Shown here piece after piece: positions 37,208-49,100 of a stretch of 64,000 nt of DNA. How positions within the stretch are numbered: the stretch's first letter is position 1; the number at the start of each line of letters is the position of its first letter. Below the pieces are notes generated by a model. It was not told the DNA's origin. It was given only the letters and a program-made list of their open reading frames with translations, and did no database searches. The DNA comes from Cyanophora paradoxa CCMP329 (taxonomy: Eukaryota > Plantae > Glaucophyta): positions 156,644 through 220,643 of the forward strand of contig QPMI01000102.1 in NCBI GenBank assembly GCA_004431415.1. Reading direction: 5' to 3'. Position numbers and translations under genes: made by a program.

Positions 37208-39043
37208 CGACGGTCGAGCAACAGATCCCCCATGATTCCATGAATCCGGGCCATGAATCCCATAATCCGCCTGGCGGCCGCATCAGCCGCGGCGGCATCA
37301 CCGATCCGCCGGATCATCGGATATAAAAATACGCCGTGACGATCGAGACTCTGAGATCAAGCCCGAGAAGTTGCAATATTAATGCCATGATGAATTTTGT
37401 TTTTGGTGAATTACCGGTCACAGACTCACAGACTCACGTGCACAGTCTCTAGACACCAGCACAGTGGCAGCACTTCACTGAGTCAATGCCATGATGTACG
37501 GTCATGTACCCAGCCCAATCCCTGTCAATTAAATATAAATTAAATTGGTTATATATATAGCGCCGCCAAATTTCATTATATATATTACTAAGCGAAATAT
37601 AAGTTTATAATGAAAATATCCCCAGTAGTACCTACTACCCTAGGCTACTCGGCGCCGAGTCGGCGGCCGCGGTAAGTTACCGTAAGTAACGCCGGTAACG
37701 TTCATTTACCCCTAATTCAAGGATTACATATATAACTTCGGGGCCCTAATTATAACAAGCGGTCAGCTGATCGATATCATCGATATCGGCCGCGGGTACG
37801 TAGTACGTAGACGGTACACGACGACTCGACGTGATCGAATTAGCATGAAATTCAAGAATTCATTAAATTCTAAATCATCGAATCGCCGCCAATTGATTTG
37901 GCCAGTTGGCTTAACTCTCTGACTCACAGACACTGACTCGCAGTCTCACGGTGATCATGAAGTTGACATGAACTTCGGAAGCTGACTCAGTGAGTGGACA
38001 GTGGACACTGGACACTCACTGACAGTCAGTGTGTGACTGAACAGGCCTCTCAGCCATTCACAGTTCATTAAAAAATAAATATTCGCCGAGTCGGCCACCT
38101 CAAACCTACACTGTGACACCTCAACTGAAACCGACCGTACTGCCTCATGATCAGCAGGCTGCTTTTGCGGACCAAGTAAGTTGAAGTAACATGAACAGGC
38201 GACTAATCGCCGACTATAAATATCGTGCGCATGCGCTGGGACTCCTGGACAGTCTCCGCCGGGGAGGGGGATCCCCGGGGTCCGGACTCATCCGATCAGG
38301 GAGAGCCGCGGCCGGCGGCGCCCGGCGCCCGGCCGCGGGCAACCAAGCAAATGTTTTGTTGCCGGCGCCCGGCCGCGGGCCGCACTACTGGTTCCACCCC
38401 CATTCCCGAACGCTTAGAACTCCAATACTTGCTGGCAAAAATTGTAACCATCATCGATGAGAACACCAAAGTTCCCACTTCGTTCGCAATTTCCCGATGT
38501 TTTGACAACTTTTGTGTCCCGATAGAGGCGATTGTTCAGAGAGCGAGCACGAAAGCTGCCCCGATCGACCCCAGCTGTCCACAGAGAACGTGCTGCTGCT
38601 GGCGCGGGGCGCGGGGCGCCCGGAGAGCACGCGGGGCGCCCGGGGCGTGCGCTAGCGCAGATCCTTAAGGGTCATAGCTACGTTTAGCAGCGCAGGCGCA
38701 GCCCCGGAGCTCGGATGCAGCCGACGAGTCGACCAGCGCCGACGGCTTCCCGATTGCTCCCGAACGCTAGCTATGGGTGTTCTATCGTCCTTGCTGCGAG
38801 CGCAGGGCGCGACAGGCTTCCCGATAGGGGTGCCGACCGCGCGCCTCACAGGCACCGTCCCGGCGGGCCGCGCCAGCGCCTCTACACAGCGAGAGCGTCA
38901 GGCATCCTGTATAGATCGCGTTAGCGCCGCTAGAGCCCGCGGTTTCTGCACTCCTGCGGACCGCTGGGGTACACTAGTAATGTCGTCCGCTTCCGCCGGT
39001 GTACTGAAGCGCCGGCTGAAGAAGTGAAAGTGAGCTCCCTCGT

Positions 39044-39125
39044 ACCGCACTGTCTAGTGCGGAAGCAACGTTGCTGGACTATGGCTCCAGTGCAGCAACG
39101 TTGCTTCCGCACTAGACAGTGCGGT
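39044..39125. other. Perfect 33-bp inverted repeat (hairpin) with a 16-nt loop
   Basis: ACCGCACTGTCTAGTGCGGAAGCAACGTTGCTG (39044-39076) and its exact reverse complement (39093-39125). Confidence 0.95.
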
Positions 39126-39319
39126 TGTGCCTATCCAGGCTATCCGGCCACGACTGGCTACGATTCTGCAATCGATGCGGTGGGCGACTAGCACTTGGCA
39201 ACTACGAAGTGCGTTCGCCTGGTTCTTCACCAATGCACTCGCCTTATGCTGCTCGCCCTGGTTTGCCGGCTGCTCACTCACTTGGTAGGGATCGCCAGGG
39301 GCGGGCGGGCGGGCGCCCG

Positions 39320-39797
39320 CGCTCCGCGCCCGCCCGCCGCGTCCCCCGCCGCAGGAGCCCGCGCCGGGCCGCCCCGAGGGCCTCAGGCGCGAGGGGACGA
39401 CGCCGAGACGCCGCCGACGCCGCCAGCTCACGCCAAGCCTGCCCGTGCAGCCCCGCACGCGCTCCGCGCCCGCCCGCCGCGTCCCCCGCCGCAGGAGCCC
39501 GCGCCGGGCCGCCCCGAGGGCCTCAGGCGCGAGGGACGACGCCGCGACGCCGCCGACGCCGCCAGCTCACGCCAAGCCCGCCCGTGCAGCCCCGCCCGCG
39601 GTCCGCGCCAGGGCGGCGGCGCGCCCCGCCGCAGGAGTCCGCGCCGGGAAGCCCCGAGGGCCTCGGGCGCGAAGGGACGACGTCGCGACGCCGCCGACGC
39701 CGCCAGCTCACGCCAAGCCCGCCCGTGCAGCCCCGCACGCGCTCCGCGCCCGCCCGCCGCGTCCCCCGCCGCAGGAGCCCGCGCCGGGCCGCCCCAG
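39320..39797. repeat. 140-bp GC-rich tandem repeat (~3.4 copies) 3' of pol
   Basis: GCTCCGCGCCCGCCCGCCGCGTCCCCCGCCGCAGGAGCCC at 39321, 39461 and 39741, with a variant at ~39600. Confidence 0.93.
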
Positions 39798-40843
39798 GAA
39801 GATCTAGATCTAGAGCCGCAGGAAGGGATGAAGCTCAGCCGCGGGCCGGGCCCGGGGGTGGACGTCGACAGCTGCAGGGGGATCGGAGCTCGCGAACGAC
39901 ATCGGGGGGCCGGGCCTGGCCATATGCATGCATATGGGTGGCCATGGGCCCTGCATGGGGGGTGGGGGCCCTGGGCTCGAGGGGGACTGTTGGAACTCGC
40001 TGTGAGCTTCAACGGGGTGCGCCGGCGCCGCGCGCGTGAACTTCGGAAGCCTGCGAATAGCTACGTATACGTATACGGAAGGACCAACTCAGAAGTGCCT
40101 AGTTTACGGTGCGGCTAGGCTTAGCCATGCGTGCTGTGCAGTTCTAGCAAGCTGGCGGTGAGAGCGGGCAGAGCTGGTATTCCTGGAGCAAGCACAAGTG
40201 CCGGGTACAAGAGTGTCACCCGGGGTGTGAGCCCGGGAGGGGTACATGAAAAGTAATGGGGGTCCAATCGGCGCACTCAATGTGAGCGCTGCGGAGACTA
40301 AGGCCAAGCACTGCGAGTGGCGAGACTCGGGGCGCCGGCTCCTGACGGCATAAAGCCGTGAGGCAATAGCTCCGCGTGTTCCTCGTCGGCACGTCCCCGT
40401 GCCGCCCGAGGGAGGCCAGGAAGCAGCCGGAAGGGGCCGGCCAAGGGGCGAAGAGGGTGATAGCAGGAAGTGGCAGGGTCCGGAGCCGGACGGGTGATCA
40501 GCCCGCGGCTTCAACTGCGCAACCAAATGAGCGCCCAAGGAAGGGGAGCAATTCAGGAGGCGTGCGACCAGCGCGGGTCGGACGCACTGAACGGAACAGC
40601 TACAAGAAAAGGTTCCCAGCCCGCTGCTCCGGTTGAGCAACGGGTGCAGTGGCCCTCCGCTGCGATGAGCAGCGGCCAGCCATCAACAGAGCCTGCCGCT
40701 GGTGCGGCAGCCCTCAGGGTCCACTGCTGGCGCAGCAGCCCTCACGGTCATTGCATCAACCACCAAGGTGACTCAAGTGAAGCTCAGGAACCCGAGCTCC
40801 GCATCCGTCATAGAAGTGAACGCCACCAACCCCAGCGTTATAG

Positions 40844-43800
40844 CTAGGCGAAGTCGTGCTTCGGCCAGCCCACAACATGGAGCTGCACACTCTCTTCCTG
40901 CTCGGACTCCACGGAGTCGTCGTCGCTGCCTTCCTCGGCCGAGCGGCCCTCCGAGTGAGGCTCGTCGTCGTGCAGGATCGGCGGATCCTCCATTGGCTGA
41001 TCACCATCCGCGTCCAGATGCACCGGAGGCGGGGGAACAGGTTCAGGGGCGCGCCGTCGAGGCCGGCCAGGCTTCGGATCCTCGGCAAAGTTATCGGGGC
41101 GATCATAGTACGGAATGATGTTGTCGACGTGCACCACAACGTCCGTCGAACGATGCATTCGAGACGACGGGTCGCCGCGTACGGTGTAGAGGTAGCCGCG
41201 AGAGAAGACCTCCACGACCACGTACGGACCGGTCCAGCCGTTACGCGTGCCGTGCTTCATGACGTTGGTCGCCTTCGCGCTCTCGCTCCAGCAGAGCACC
41301 TTGTCACCCGGCACGAAAATCTGACGAGGTTCGTTGCCGGTGCCGTAGCGAAGGAGCTTGTGATTGTACATCTTCCGATGAGCCTTGACCGCCTCAGCGA
41401 CACTTGAAGCCGCCCGCGCGACAGCCAGCGCGTACTCCGCGTACGTGTAAGGCTCGCCGAAGGGTTCACGCTGAACAAGATCCAAACGGAGGTCCCCGGG
41501 CAGCACCAGCTCGCGTCCATGGTGAAGCGTAGCCGGGGAGAAGCCGGTTGCCGCGTGGATCGTAGTGCGCAGCGAGAAGAGCACACGGTAGTGGTAGTAA
41601 GGCCAGTAGACGTTGTCACGCTTGTCTTCGGCGCAGAGCGCGAAGATAAGCCGCTTGTACACCCCGACAAGTCGTTCAGCACCGCCGTTGGTCGACTGAT
41701 GAGAGACACCAGTGTAGATGAGCCGCACGCCCTGCTTGGTCCAGAACTTGCCCCAGGGCGTGTTCGGCTTGAACACCGTGCCGTTGTCAGTGAGGTAACG
41801 TTTGGGCGTGCCGTTTGAGGACTGAATGCTCTGCGCAGCCCACTCCATGGCCGTGCCGTCGGCTTCTGTGAGCATGATGATCTCCGGATACTTGGTGTAC
41901 GCGTCGATGTCAATCAGCACTTGCGTGAAGCGGTGAGGGGCATCTTTGGCGTGAGGCATCGGACAGAGATCAGCTTGGCGCAGGTCGCCAGGGTGCCGCG
42001 ATTCGATGATCATGTGCTGCACTCGAGGCCGGTGCTTGGCTTTCGCCAACTGGCAGTGATGGCAGGTGCGAACGTAGCGGTGCACCATGTTCGTCATGCC
42101 AGGCCACCAGAAGCGAGTCGCGATGTGCCGGGCGACGATGGACGCGCCTCGGTGAGCCCAGTCATCGTGATACGCTTCCATCACTGCAGCCCTCCAGCGT
42201 TGGGGTACTACCACCGGCGAGCCCATCGTTGGGAAGAGGGGTGCGCGGAGGACAACACCGGAGCGAGAGAGGCAGTAGCGTCCCGCCTCCTTCGCAAAGC
42301 GTTCCCGCGCCTGCCCGCAGCCGAAGCAGGTCTTGTAGACGTCGGGATCACGGCTCAGGGCGTCAGCGCCGTGAGTGTGGCCGTAGCAACGAGCAAGGTT
42401 CTCCTTCCGAAGCTTGAACGCGATGATCATCTGACAGAGCGGATCTGTCTTCTGATCTTCCACCATAGAGGCTCCGTCGACCGTCAGAGGCTGGAGAGCA
42501 GGTGGTACAGGGACTTCAACCAGCGGCTGAGGCCCCTGCATCCAGCAGTCGGCAACAGTGGTCTCTGGCGGTAAGTAGACCGGCTTCGGGGCATTGCGCC
42601 CGCCAGTACGGTCATCCAACGGAGCGACGCCATCCGTCGAAAACGGCTCCGTGGGCGGAAGTTCACGTTCGTTGCCCAGCGTCTCAGGTGGAGTCGGTAT
42701 CGGGAGGAGGGCCTCGTCGAGTACGTCCATCACGTTGGGAGGCGCGATGGCGTACCGACCCTTGCGAGACCTTGCACCTCGCGTGAGGATAAGGTTCGGG
42801 GGGCGTGGTGCTTGTGCCTCGAGTTCTTGACGACGAGTGTCACGGCGCTGCTTACGCTGTTCCTTCGAGAGGCGAGGGCGCGCCTCGGCTCCGTCAGGAT
42901 CTGCGTTGTTGCGCACGTTCTCCTCGTGTCGTTGTTGCGCTTGTTGCTTGAGCAGACGGTGTTGAGCCTGCTTCGAGGCTCGATGGCGATCTTCTGCCCT
43001 GCGTCGAGGCTGCTTGTTGCCCTGCTGCCCCGCGTAGGCAGGTGTTGCTGAGGGCGTGGGAGGAGTCGCCTGGGCGGGTTCTCCATCCGTCACGTCCATC
43101 GGTTCCCCAACCGAGCTGTTCGGCGAGAGCGGCGGGTCAGCCTCGCCGTCAGGCTCCGGCAAGGCGAGTTCGTGTTGGCGTCCGTCGAGGTGGCGTTGTG
43201 CCTCCTGCCGCCAGTAGTTCTCGATCTCATGCTGAATGCCGCCGGGGAGTTGGGGAGGTGGGAGAAGGTTCCCGATCGGATCCGCGTCAGGCAGCACCGG
43301 CTTGCGAGGCTCGGTTGCTGAAGGGCGGTTTCTGGGGTGATGCAGGCGAGGTCGTACACGCGGTCGTCCACGAGGTCGCCCACGCAGTGTACCCCTCCCC
43401 CTCCCTCGATCTCCTGAGTCGCGAGTCCCGTCGCGCGTGGTGTTGCCGTGCGTGGGCGAGCTCCGCTGTTCCTCAGAGTGAAGTCCCGTCCGTCCAGGGA
43501 GATCGGCCTCGGCGCGCGAGGGCGAGCTCCGCTGTTCCTCAGACGAGAGTTCCTCGTCGTCAGCGTCGGAGAACTCCGCGGGATCCACTTCCGAGGTCAC
43601 GTCCTCGGCGTCTTCTGTCGCCTGCTCCTCTGGATCGCGGCGGGCGCGCTGTGGTGGCGAGTTGGGCGAGCTACGAGGCTCGGCCAGTGTCACGGGTCGG
43701 CGTCGCTTTGTTCCAGGTGCTGGTGGTGCCCATGCACGTCCGTCGAGGCCAGCGGCCGCGATAGATGTCGTAGGCTCGGTCGTCACGGGGACGAGCGTGC

Positions 43801-46147
43801 CGTAGATCTCCGTCGGGTCGTCGGGATCGCCGCTGCGGGGTACCGAGTGTCCGTGAGCCCCGTTGGGCAGGTCGGTAGTGAGGTCTGATCCGTCCGCCGC
43901 TCCAGGCTCGTAGATCGGATGCGTACGAGCCATGCGCGACTCGAAGTCGGCGACAACGTTGGTCGAGCCCGGCCTGTACTCGATTGTGTAGTTGAAGCCT
44001 TGCATGACGAGCGCCGCGCGTGAAAGCGCCTTGTTCGCCAGGAGTTCTTGCGACTTCAACCACTGCAGAGGCGAGTGGTCCGTGCGGATGGTAAACGGGT
44101 GCCCGCAGTCGAAGTAGTGTCGCCACGTCTTGACGGCCCACATGACAGCTATGCATTCGCCTTCCGTCGGAGAGCTGTACCTCGCCTCCGTGGCCGTCAG
44201 GGTTCGGCTGATGAAGGCGATTGGTCGTTCTCGACCGTCAGAGTCGGTCTGCATGAGCGCCGCGCCCATTGCTCGCAAGCTCCAATCCGTGTAGATGATA
44301 AACGGCTTGGAAAAGTCGTGGAGCATGAGCACGATGTCGTCGCACATGACCTTCTTGAGGTCTGCGAGTGCTTCGCTGGCTTCTGGCGTCCACTGAAGCT
44401 GTGTCGTGTCCGCTAGCTTCGCTGCGTGAATCAGGTCACGGAGCGGAAGCTCGCGTCGTGTGTAGTTGCGGATGAAGCGCCTGTAGAAGCCCGTCATGCC
44501 GAGGAAGCTGCGCATATGCTCGACGGTCTGCAGTTCTCGTTCAGTAATCTTGGAGATCACCTCCACCTTCTTCGTGTCCATGCGGACGCCTTGAGCGCTG
44601 ACACGGTGACCGAGAAGGTCGATCTCGCGGACCATGAAGTGACACTTGCTCGGTTTCAATTTGAGGTTGCCCCGAGCGAGCGCCGCGAAGAAGGCCTCGA
44701 GATCAATGAGGTGCTGAGCCACCGTCGGCGAGTGCAGAGTCAAGTCGTCGACGTAGGCCACAACACACGTGGAGAGAAGGTCCCCGAGCACTGAACTGAC
44801 CGCCCGGCAGAATGCTGACGGAGCGGACTTGAGGCCGAAGGGAGTGCACACCCATTTCCAGGCTCCCCACGGCAGGAGAAAGGTGGTGTAGTCCCGAGAG
44901 GCTTCTTCGAGGCCGAGTTGCCAGAATCCGCTCAGGCAGTCGCCCACGCTGAAGATGGAGGAGCCTTGGAGACGTTCAAGCTGATCGTCAATGCGGGGAA
45001 GCGGGAAGACGTCGCCTTCGATCAAGTTGTTGAGCCGTCTGTAGTCGACGCAGAAGCGCATTGTGCCGTCCTTCTTGGGCGCCAACACCACGGGACTGCC
45101 ATATCCAGCCTGTGAGGGCTCGATGAGGCCGTCCTTCAGCAGCTGTTCGATAGTCGCCTTGGCCGCCTTCTCCGCCGGGGGAGAGAGCCGCCGAGGGACT
45201 GTGTAAAGGGGCAGTCGCTTGGGGTTGACACCTGGCAGTAGACGAATCGAGTTCGTGTACTTGAGGAGGTCACGTGGATCAAGGACTTTTGCGAAGCATC
45301 GGGCTTGTTCGCGCACAAGGTTCCGGAACGTCAAGCGTTGGTCCGAGGTAATGTCGGGGTCGGCCTCAGAGGATTTGCAGAACCCGTCGACCATAGCGTC
45401 GATTTCGGCTTCTGTCATTGCCGCAGGACCCGCCATCAACGTGGAGGGGGGATCCATGGCGTTTGCATCAGCCATCGACGCTTGTCCGATGCGGATTCGT
45501 AAGAGAGTCTCACGGAAGCTCCCACGGAACCGCTGGGGGTCGGTGAAGTACGGGAGGAAGAAATCGATCAGTCTTTCGACCTCCTCGTCTGTGTAGTCGT
45601 CGGTCATGAAGTTGCGGTCGCGTATGAACGCGTCATAGGCGAGGAGCGACTCGACGAACGACGCTGCGTCTTCCCGATCCCGTTCGGTGGCGGGGCGTGA
45701 GCGATCGAGATGTGGTTGGGGCTGGGGGTTGTCGCCATGGCTGAAGGCTTCCGGGTACTTGGCGCGTGCCACGGAGGCGAATCGTCGCGGCTGGCAACTT
45801 CGCAGCAAGGTGACGGGGCGAGCCGTATCGAAGATCTGCTGGACGACACGCCTGATCGGAAACGTCTGCTGGGCTTCTGGACTCCAGTTCTTGTACCGTC
45901 CCTGCGGGTACTGCGAGACGTCGGGATGCGGGTCGTACTCGCTCTCCGGCCAGTCACCGTACGCCGCCTCGCCGACAATGGTGCCCGCTTTCAAGCGGAC
46001 GTCTGTGCGGTGAGGGTTCCGGACCGCCACGAGGCAAGTTCGTCGGTGAGGGTTGAGATGGAGTTGATAAGGTGTAAGAAAGTCGACTTCGTCAGTGTTA
46101 TCATCTCCGGTTTCCGAGATGAAGACCGGCGGCGGTGAGACCTCCAT
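40844..46147 (-). CDS. pol: Ty3/Gypsy Pol: reverse transcriptase, RNase H, long low-complexity insert, integrase
   Basis: RT: SPVVLAPKKDGTMRFCVDYRRLN, PFGLKSAP, YVDD. RNase H: YTDWS, TEGE, RTDH, ADFESR. Integrase: H-x4-H...CHHC, ADL...TDNG...NGGAER (DDE), WTGPY. No chromodomain. Confidence 0.97.
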   Translation of the reverse strand: MEVSPPPVFISETGDDNTDEVDFLTPYQLHLNPHRRTCLVAVRNPHRTDVRLKAGTIVGEAAYGDWPESEYDPHPDVSQYPQGRYKNWSPEAQQTFPIRRVVQQIFDTARPVTLLRSCQPRRFASVARAKYPEAFSHGDNPQPQPHLDRSRPATERDREDAASFVESLLAYDAFIRDRNFMTDDYTDEEVERLIDFFLPYFTDPQRFRGSFRETLLRIRIGQASMADANAMDPPSTLMAGPAAMTEAEIDAMVDGFCKSSEADPDITSDQRLTFRNLVREQARCFAKVLDPRDLLKYTNSIRLLPGVNPKRLPLYTVPRRLSPPAEKAAKATIEQLLKDGLIEPSQAGYGSPVVLAPKKDGTMRFCVDYRRLNNLIEGDVFPLPRIDDQLERLQGSSIFSVGDCLSGFWQLGLEEASRDYTTFLLPWGAWKWVCTPFGLKSAPSAFCRAVSSVLGDLLSTCVVAYVDDLTLHSPTVAQHLIDLEAFFAALARGNLKLKPSKCHFMVREIDLLGHRVSAQGVRMDTKKVEVISKITERELQTVEHMRSFLGMTGFYRRFIRNYTRRELPLRDLIHAAKLADTTQLQWTPEASEALADLKKVMCDDIVLMLHDFSKPFIIYTDWSLRAMGAALMQTDSDGRERPIAFISRTLTATEARYSSPTEGECIAVMWAVKTWRHYFDCGHPFTIRTDHSPLQWLKSQELLANKALSRAALVMQGFNYTIEYRPGSTNVVADFESRMARTHPIYEPGAADGSDLTTDLPNGAHGHSVPRSGDPDDPTEIYGTLVPVTTEPTTSIAAAGLDGRAWAPPAPGTKRRRPVTLAEPRSSPNSPPQRARRDPEEQATEDAEDVTSEVDPAEFSDADDEELSSEEQRSSPSRAEADLPGRTGLHSEEQRSSPTHGNTTRDGTRDSGDRGRGRGTLRGRPRGRPRVRPRLHHPRNRPSATEPRKPVLPDADPIGNLLPPPQLPGGIQHEIENYWRQEAQRHLDGRQHELALPEPDGEADPPLSPNSSVGEPMDVTDGEPAQATPPTPSATPAYAGQQGNKQPRRRAEDRHRASKQAQHRLLKQQAQQRHEENVRNNADPDGAEARPRLSKEQRKQRRDTRRQELEAQAPRPPNLILTRGARSRKGRYAIAPPNVMDVLDEALLPIPTPPETLGNERELPPTEPFSTDGVAPLDDRTGGRNAPKPVYLPPETTVADCWMQGPQPLVEVPVPPALQPLTVDGASMVEDQKTDPLCQMIIAFKLRKENLARCYGHTHGADALSRDPDVYKTCFGCGQARERFAKEAGRYCLSRSGVVLRAPLFPTMGSPVVVPQRWRAAVMEAYHDDWAHRGASIVARHIATRFWWPGMTNMVHRYVRTCHHCQLAKAKHRPRVQHMIIESRHPGDLRQADLCPMPHAKDAPHRFTQVLIDIDAYTKYPEIIMLTEADGTAMEWAAQSIQSSNGTPKRYLTDNGTVFKPNTPWGKFWTKQGVRLIYTGVSHQSTNGGAERLVGVYKRLIFALCAEDKRDNVYWPYYHYRVLFSLRTTIHAATGFSPATLHHGRELVLPGDLRLDLVQREPFGEPYTYAEYALAVARAASSVAEAVKAHRKMYNHKLLRYGTGNEPRQIFVPGDKVLCWSESAKATNVMKHGTRNGWTGPYVVVEVFSRGYLYTVRGDPSSRMHRSTDVVVHVDNIIPYYDRPDNFAEDPKPGRPRRRAPEPVPPPPVHLDADGDQPMEDPPILHDDEPHSEGRSAEEGSDDDSVESEQEESVQLHVVGWPKHDFA

Positions 46148-46175
46148 GTGAGGCGCGTGCGCACTCGCCGTCTTA

Positions 46176-49100
46176 TCATACGTGGGGACGTGGCATCGTA
46201 CCAGGGCCTCGCCAGGGGCAACGTAACCGTTTGCGCAAGACGGACCAGCGTGCCCCCGTCGGGCTGGCCCGTTGCGTAAAAGGGACGAAGTACGGCGTCG
46301 CAGTGTGATCGCCTGGCGGCAGAATCGTCATGCCCGAGTTGGCCGTGTCCAGACTGATGCTCGCCCGAAGAGCCGTCAGCGTTGAGAGACCGAGAAGCAT
46401 CGGCGTGTCGCCCATGAGGCCCTTGGCGACTACAAGGATCTTGCGGGCTATGTAGACGTTGCCGATCTTAAACGTGACGAAGGCGACGCGTGCGTACGCG
46501 TTCATGTTATCGCCGAAGCCCGTCAGAAGTACTGGAGCCTGATTCGAGTACTGGAGCCCCTCAATCGTGTCCGCGATGCTGCCGTCCATGACATCCGCTG
46601 CCGCACCCGTGTCGACCAGTGCGAGAACCGTACGCATCGACTTTACGCGTTGGCCTGGGATGAGTGCGCCAACTTGAAGACGAACACAGATTCTTGCGTC
46701 GGCGAGGCGCTTGTCAAGAGCCTTCTTCGGATCGACCAGTCGAACCGCAAGGCCTGAGGGTGAAGAAGGAAACAAGTCCGCCTCGTGCGGGTCGAACTGC
46801 TCGCCTGGTCGCGCCAGGAGAGAGTGCGTCGCGAGTTGCAGGGCGGCAAAGTGAGGGGGATCGACCGTGGACGTGGCCTTGAAGACGGTTGCCATCGGGT
46901 GTAAGTCAGGGGCTTGGAGATTCGCCGTATTCACCTTCTTGCGGCACATCGCCTTCACCAAAGAGGGAGCGGGCTTGAGGAGCCACTCCGGCGTGAAGGG
47001 ACGCTTGACGCGCGCGCCAGCGAGGGCGAGCCTCGGTGGGTGCGTCCGCGGAAGGCGTCCAGCCGCCACCCAGAAGAACGGGCTCGTCGCGGGCGACGGG
47101 CGCGCAGTGTTGGTGCTGGTGTCCGTGTAGCCCAGGCCCTGGGTGTAGAGATCGCCGCGAATGCCCCGCGCACCATTCCGCTTGCTGCAGGAGGTGATGT
47201 GCGCCGTCGTGAGGGTCCCGAAAGTGACACCGCCCGCACCCTCGTCCGTCTCGAGTCCCGGATCCACCGTCAGCTGGGCCACCGTGATCTCTCGGGGGTC
47301 CATGTACGGTCCCAGAGTCTCGTACGCCAAGCTCGAACGGAAGAACGGGGCCGTTTTCCGCAGGTACTGGATGAGGATCGGCCAGGCCTGAGTCAGCCCA
47401 CGGTCGCCGCGTAGGATGATGTCGACGTAGTAACGCGAACGCTGAGCGTGAACACAGTCGAGCGACGAGTACAGGAGCGCGTCGTACGCCGGGCGACCGA
47501 GCGTGTTCATGACAAACGCCAGGCGCGTGAGGATGACTTGCGAGCGTGCCAGCTCCAAAGCCAAGCCCGCGCTGGTGTTGAGAACGACCGGAGTGTCGCG
47601 CAGTTCGTCAGCGAGACGGGCCAGGTACTGAGCGTTGACGCAGTGCGAGGGCGAAAGGCGGCTCCAGTCGTACATGTGGAAGGACTGAGCGAAGGACACG
47701 TCGTCGAACAGCGACACTCGTGGCACGATGATCGTCTGGTGAGCCGGTGACGTCAGGGCGAACTCGATCCAGCAGTACGGCGTGCCCTGGGCCGAGTAGG
47801 GAGAGTACGCGAAGTCGGCGGTCTCCACGAAGAGAAGCCCGTTGCGCGGGATCGGGAGAGGACCGCAGTACCACGGGAAAGGCGAGGTGGGGTGGTCGGA
47901 AGGCACGCCAGTGTCGTCAGGCGGAGGCGGGTCCTCTGCCGCAGACGTGGGCGCCGTCGGCATCTCGTCATCCGAACCCCAGATTGCGTCGGCGTTGGAC
48001 ATCTCGTCGTCAGGCGCGACGGCTGCCGTCACGGTTGCCATCTTGACCGTCACCGTTGCAGTGGGGACCGCTGCCGCACCCGTCGCCGTCAACCCCGCCG
48101 AAGTCGAGTCCGGGGGCGTGGAGCTCGTGTGCTGTCGCAGAGCGTCGGCGATCGAGTGGGCGTAGTAGAGGCGCCGCGTAGCGTTCCAGCCTTCCACCCG
48201 CGAGCGCACAGGCTTCAGAGTGCGGCGACGGGTTCGCAGGATGCGATAGCCACGCGGATGAAGAGGCGGCGAAGCAGGGGCGCCGTCAACGTCCGCGGGC
48301 CCGAGGCTCGGGGACATGGACCACCGCGTCGGCGTCGCCGGGAGATCGGCCGTCCGCTGCTCGGATGGGAGCCGGTCCGCGTACGGCGCCTCGTAGATGG
48401 CATACACTCGAGGGGTAGCGGGGTTGTGGCGGAGGGCGAACTTGAGCGGATTGAAGACCTTGTGGCCGTCGGCTAGACCATCGAATGGAGAAGTCCAGCG
48501 ACCAGGACCGGGCGAGCACTCGTAGTACACGTGCGGGAAGTGTCGCCGATAGTCCTCATCATCGGGTCGGGAGTCTGAGTAGCGGAGCGGGGGAATCGCC
48601 TCGTAAGTGTAGTACAGCGAGTTGCTGTAGTCGTAGTTCTCCGTCGAGGGAGAGCTCGGCCAATTAAAGACCCGTGTGATCCAGTTCGACAGCTCCAGTC
48701 GCAGGTCTGGCTCGTAGAGGACTGCGCCGAGGCGAATGAGGAATGGATCCCAGGCGTCCGTGTCCGGGTCAAGTTCGTCCGCCATCGCGTTCTCGACATG
48801 AGGGCGCATCACGTTGATGAAGTCGCGGATTTGGGCCGTGATAATGTTGCGGTCCACTTCAACGAAGCCTGCTGTCGGCGTGAGGTTCTCAGCCTGCTCC
48901 GCAGTGACCGTCTCGGATTTGAATAGCTCCCGCAGCTCGTCCGTGAGAGTGAACGCGTTCGGCCACCAGCGCTGCAGGCGTGCCGATTTGAACTCGTTCA
49001 GCTGCTGCCGCAGGGTGTTGTAGTTGGGGCCGTTGCGGTTCACCCTCCGATGCACGTCACGAGGGACTACGAGGCGCGCGTTGTGAGCGATGATGTACTT

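Noticed and set aside
39119-40118. + strand ORFs of ~300 aa over the 140-bp repeats
   Set aside because: The period is not a multiple of 3 and several frames are open because of extreme GC content.
46176-46270. Programmed gag-pol frameshift
   Set aside because: The break is after the protease, needs two separate 1-nt shifts, and has no slippery heptamer. Sequencing error or decay is more likely.
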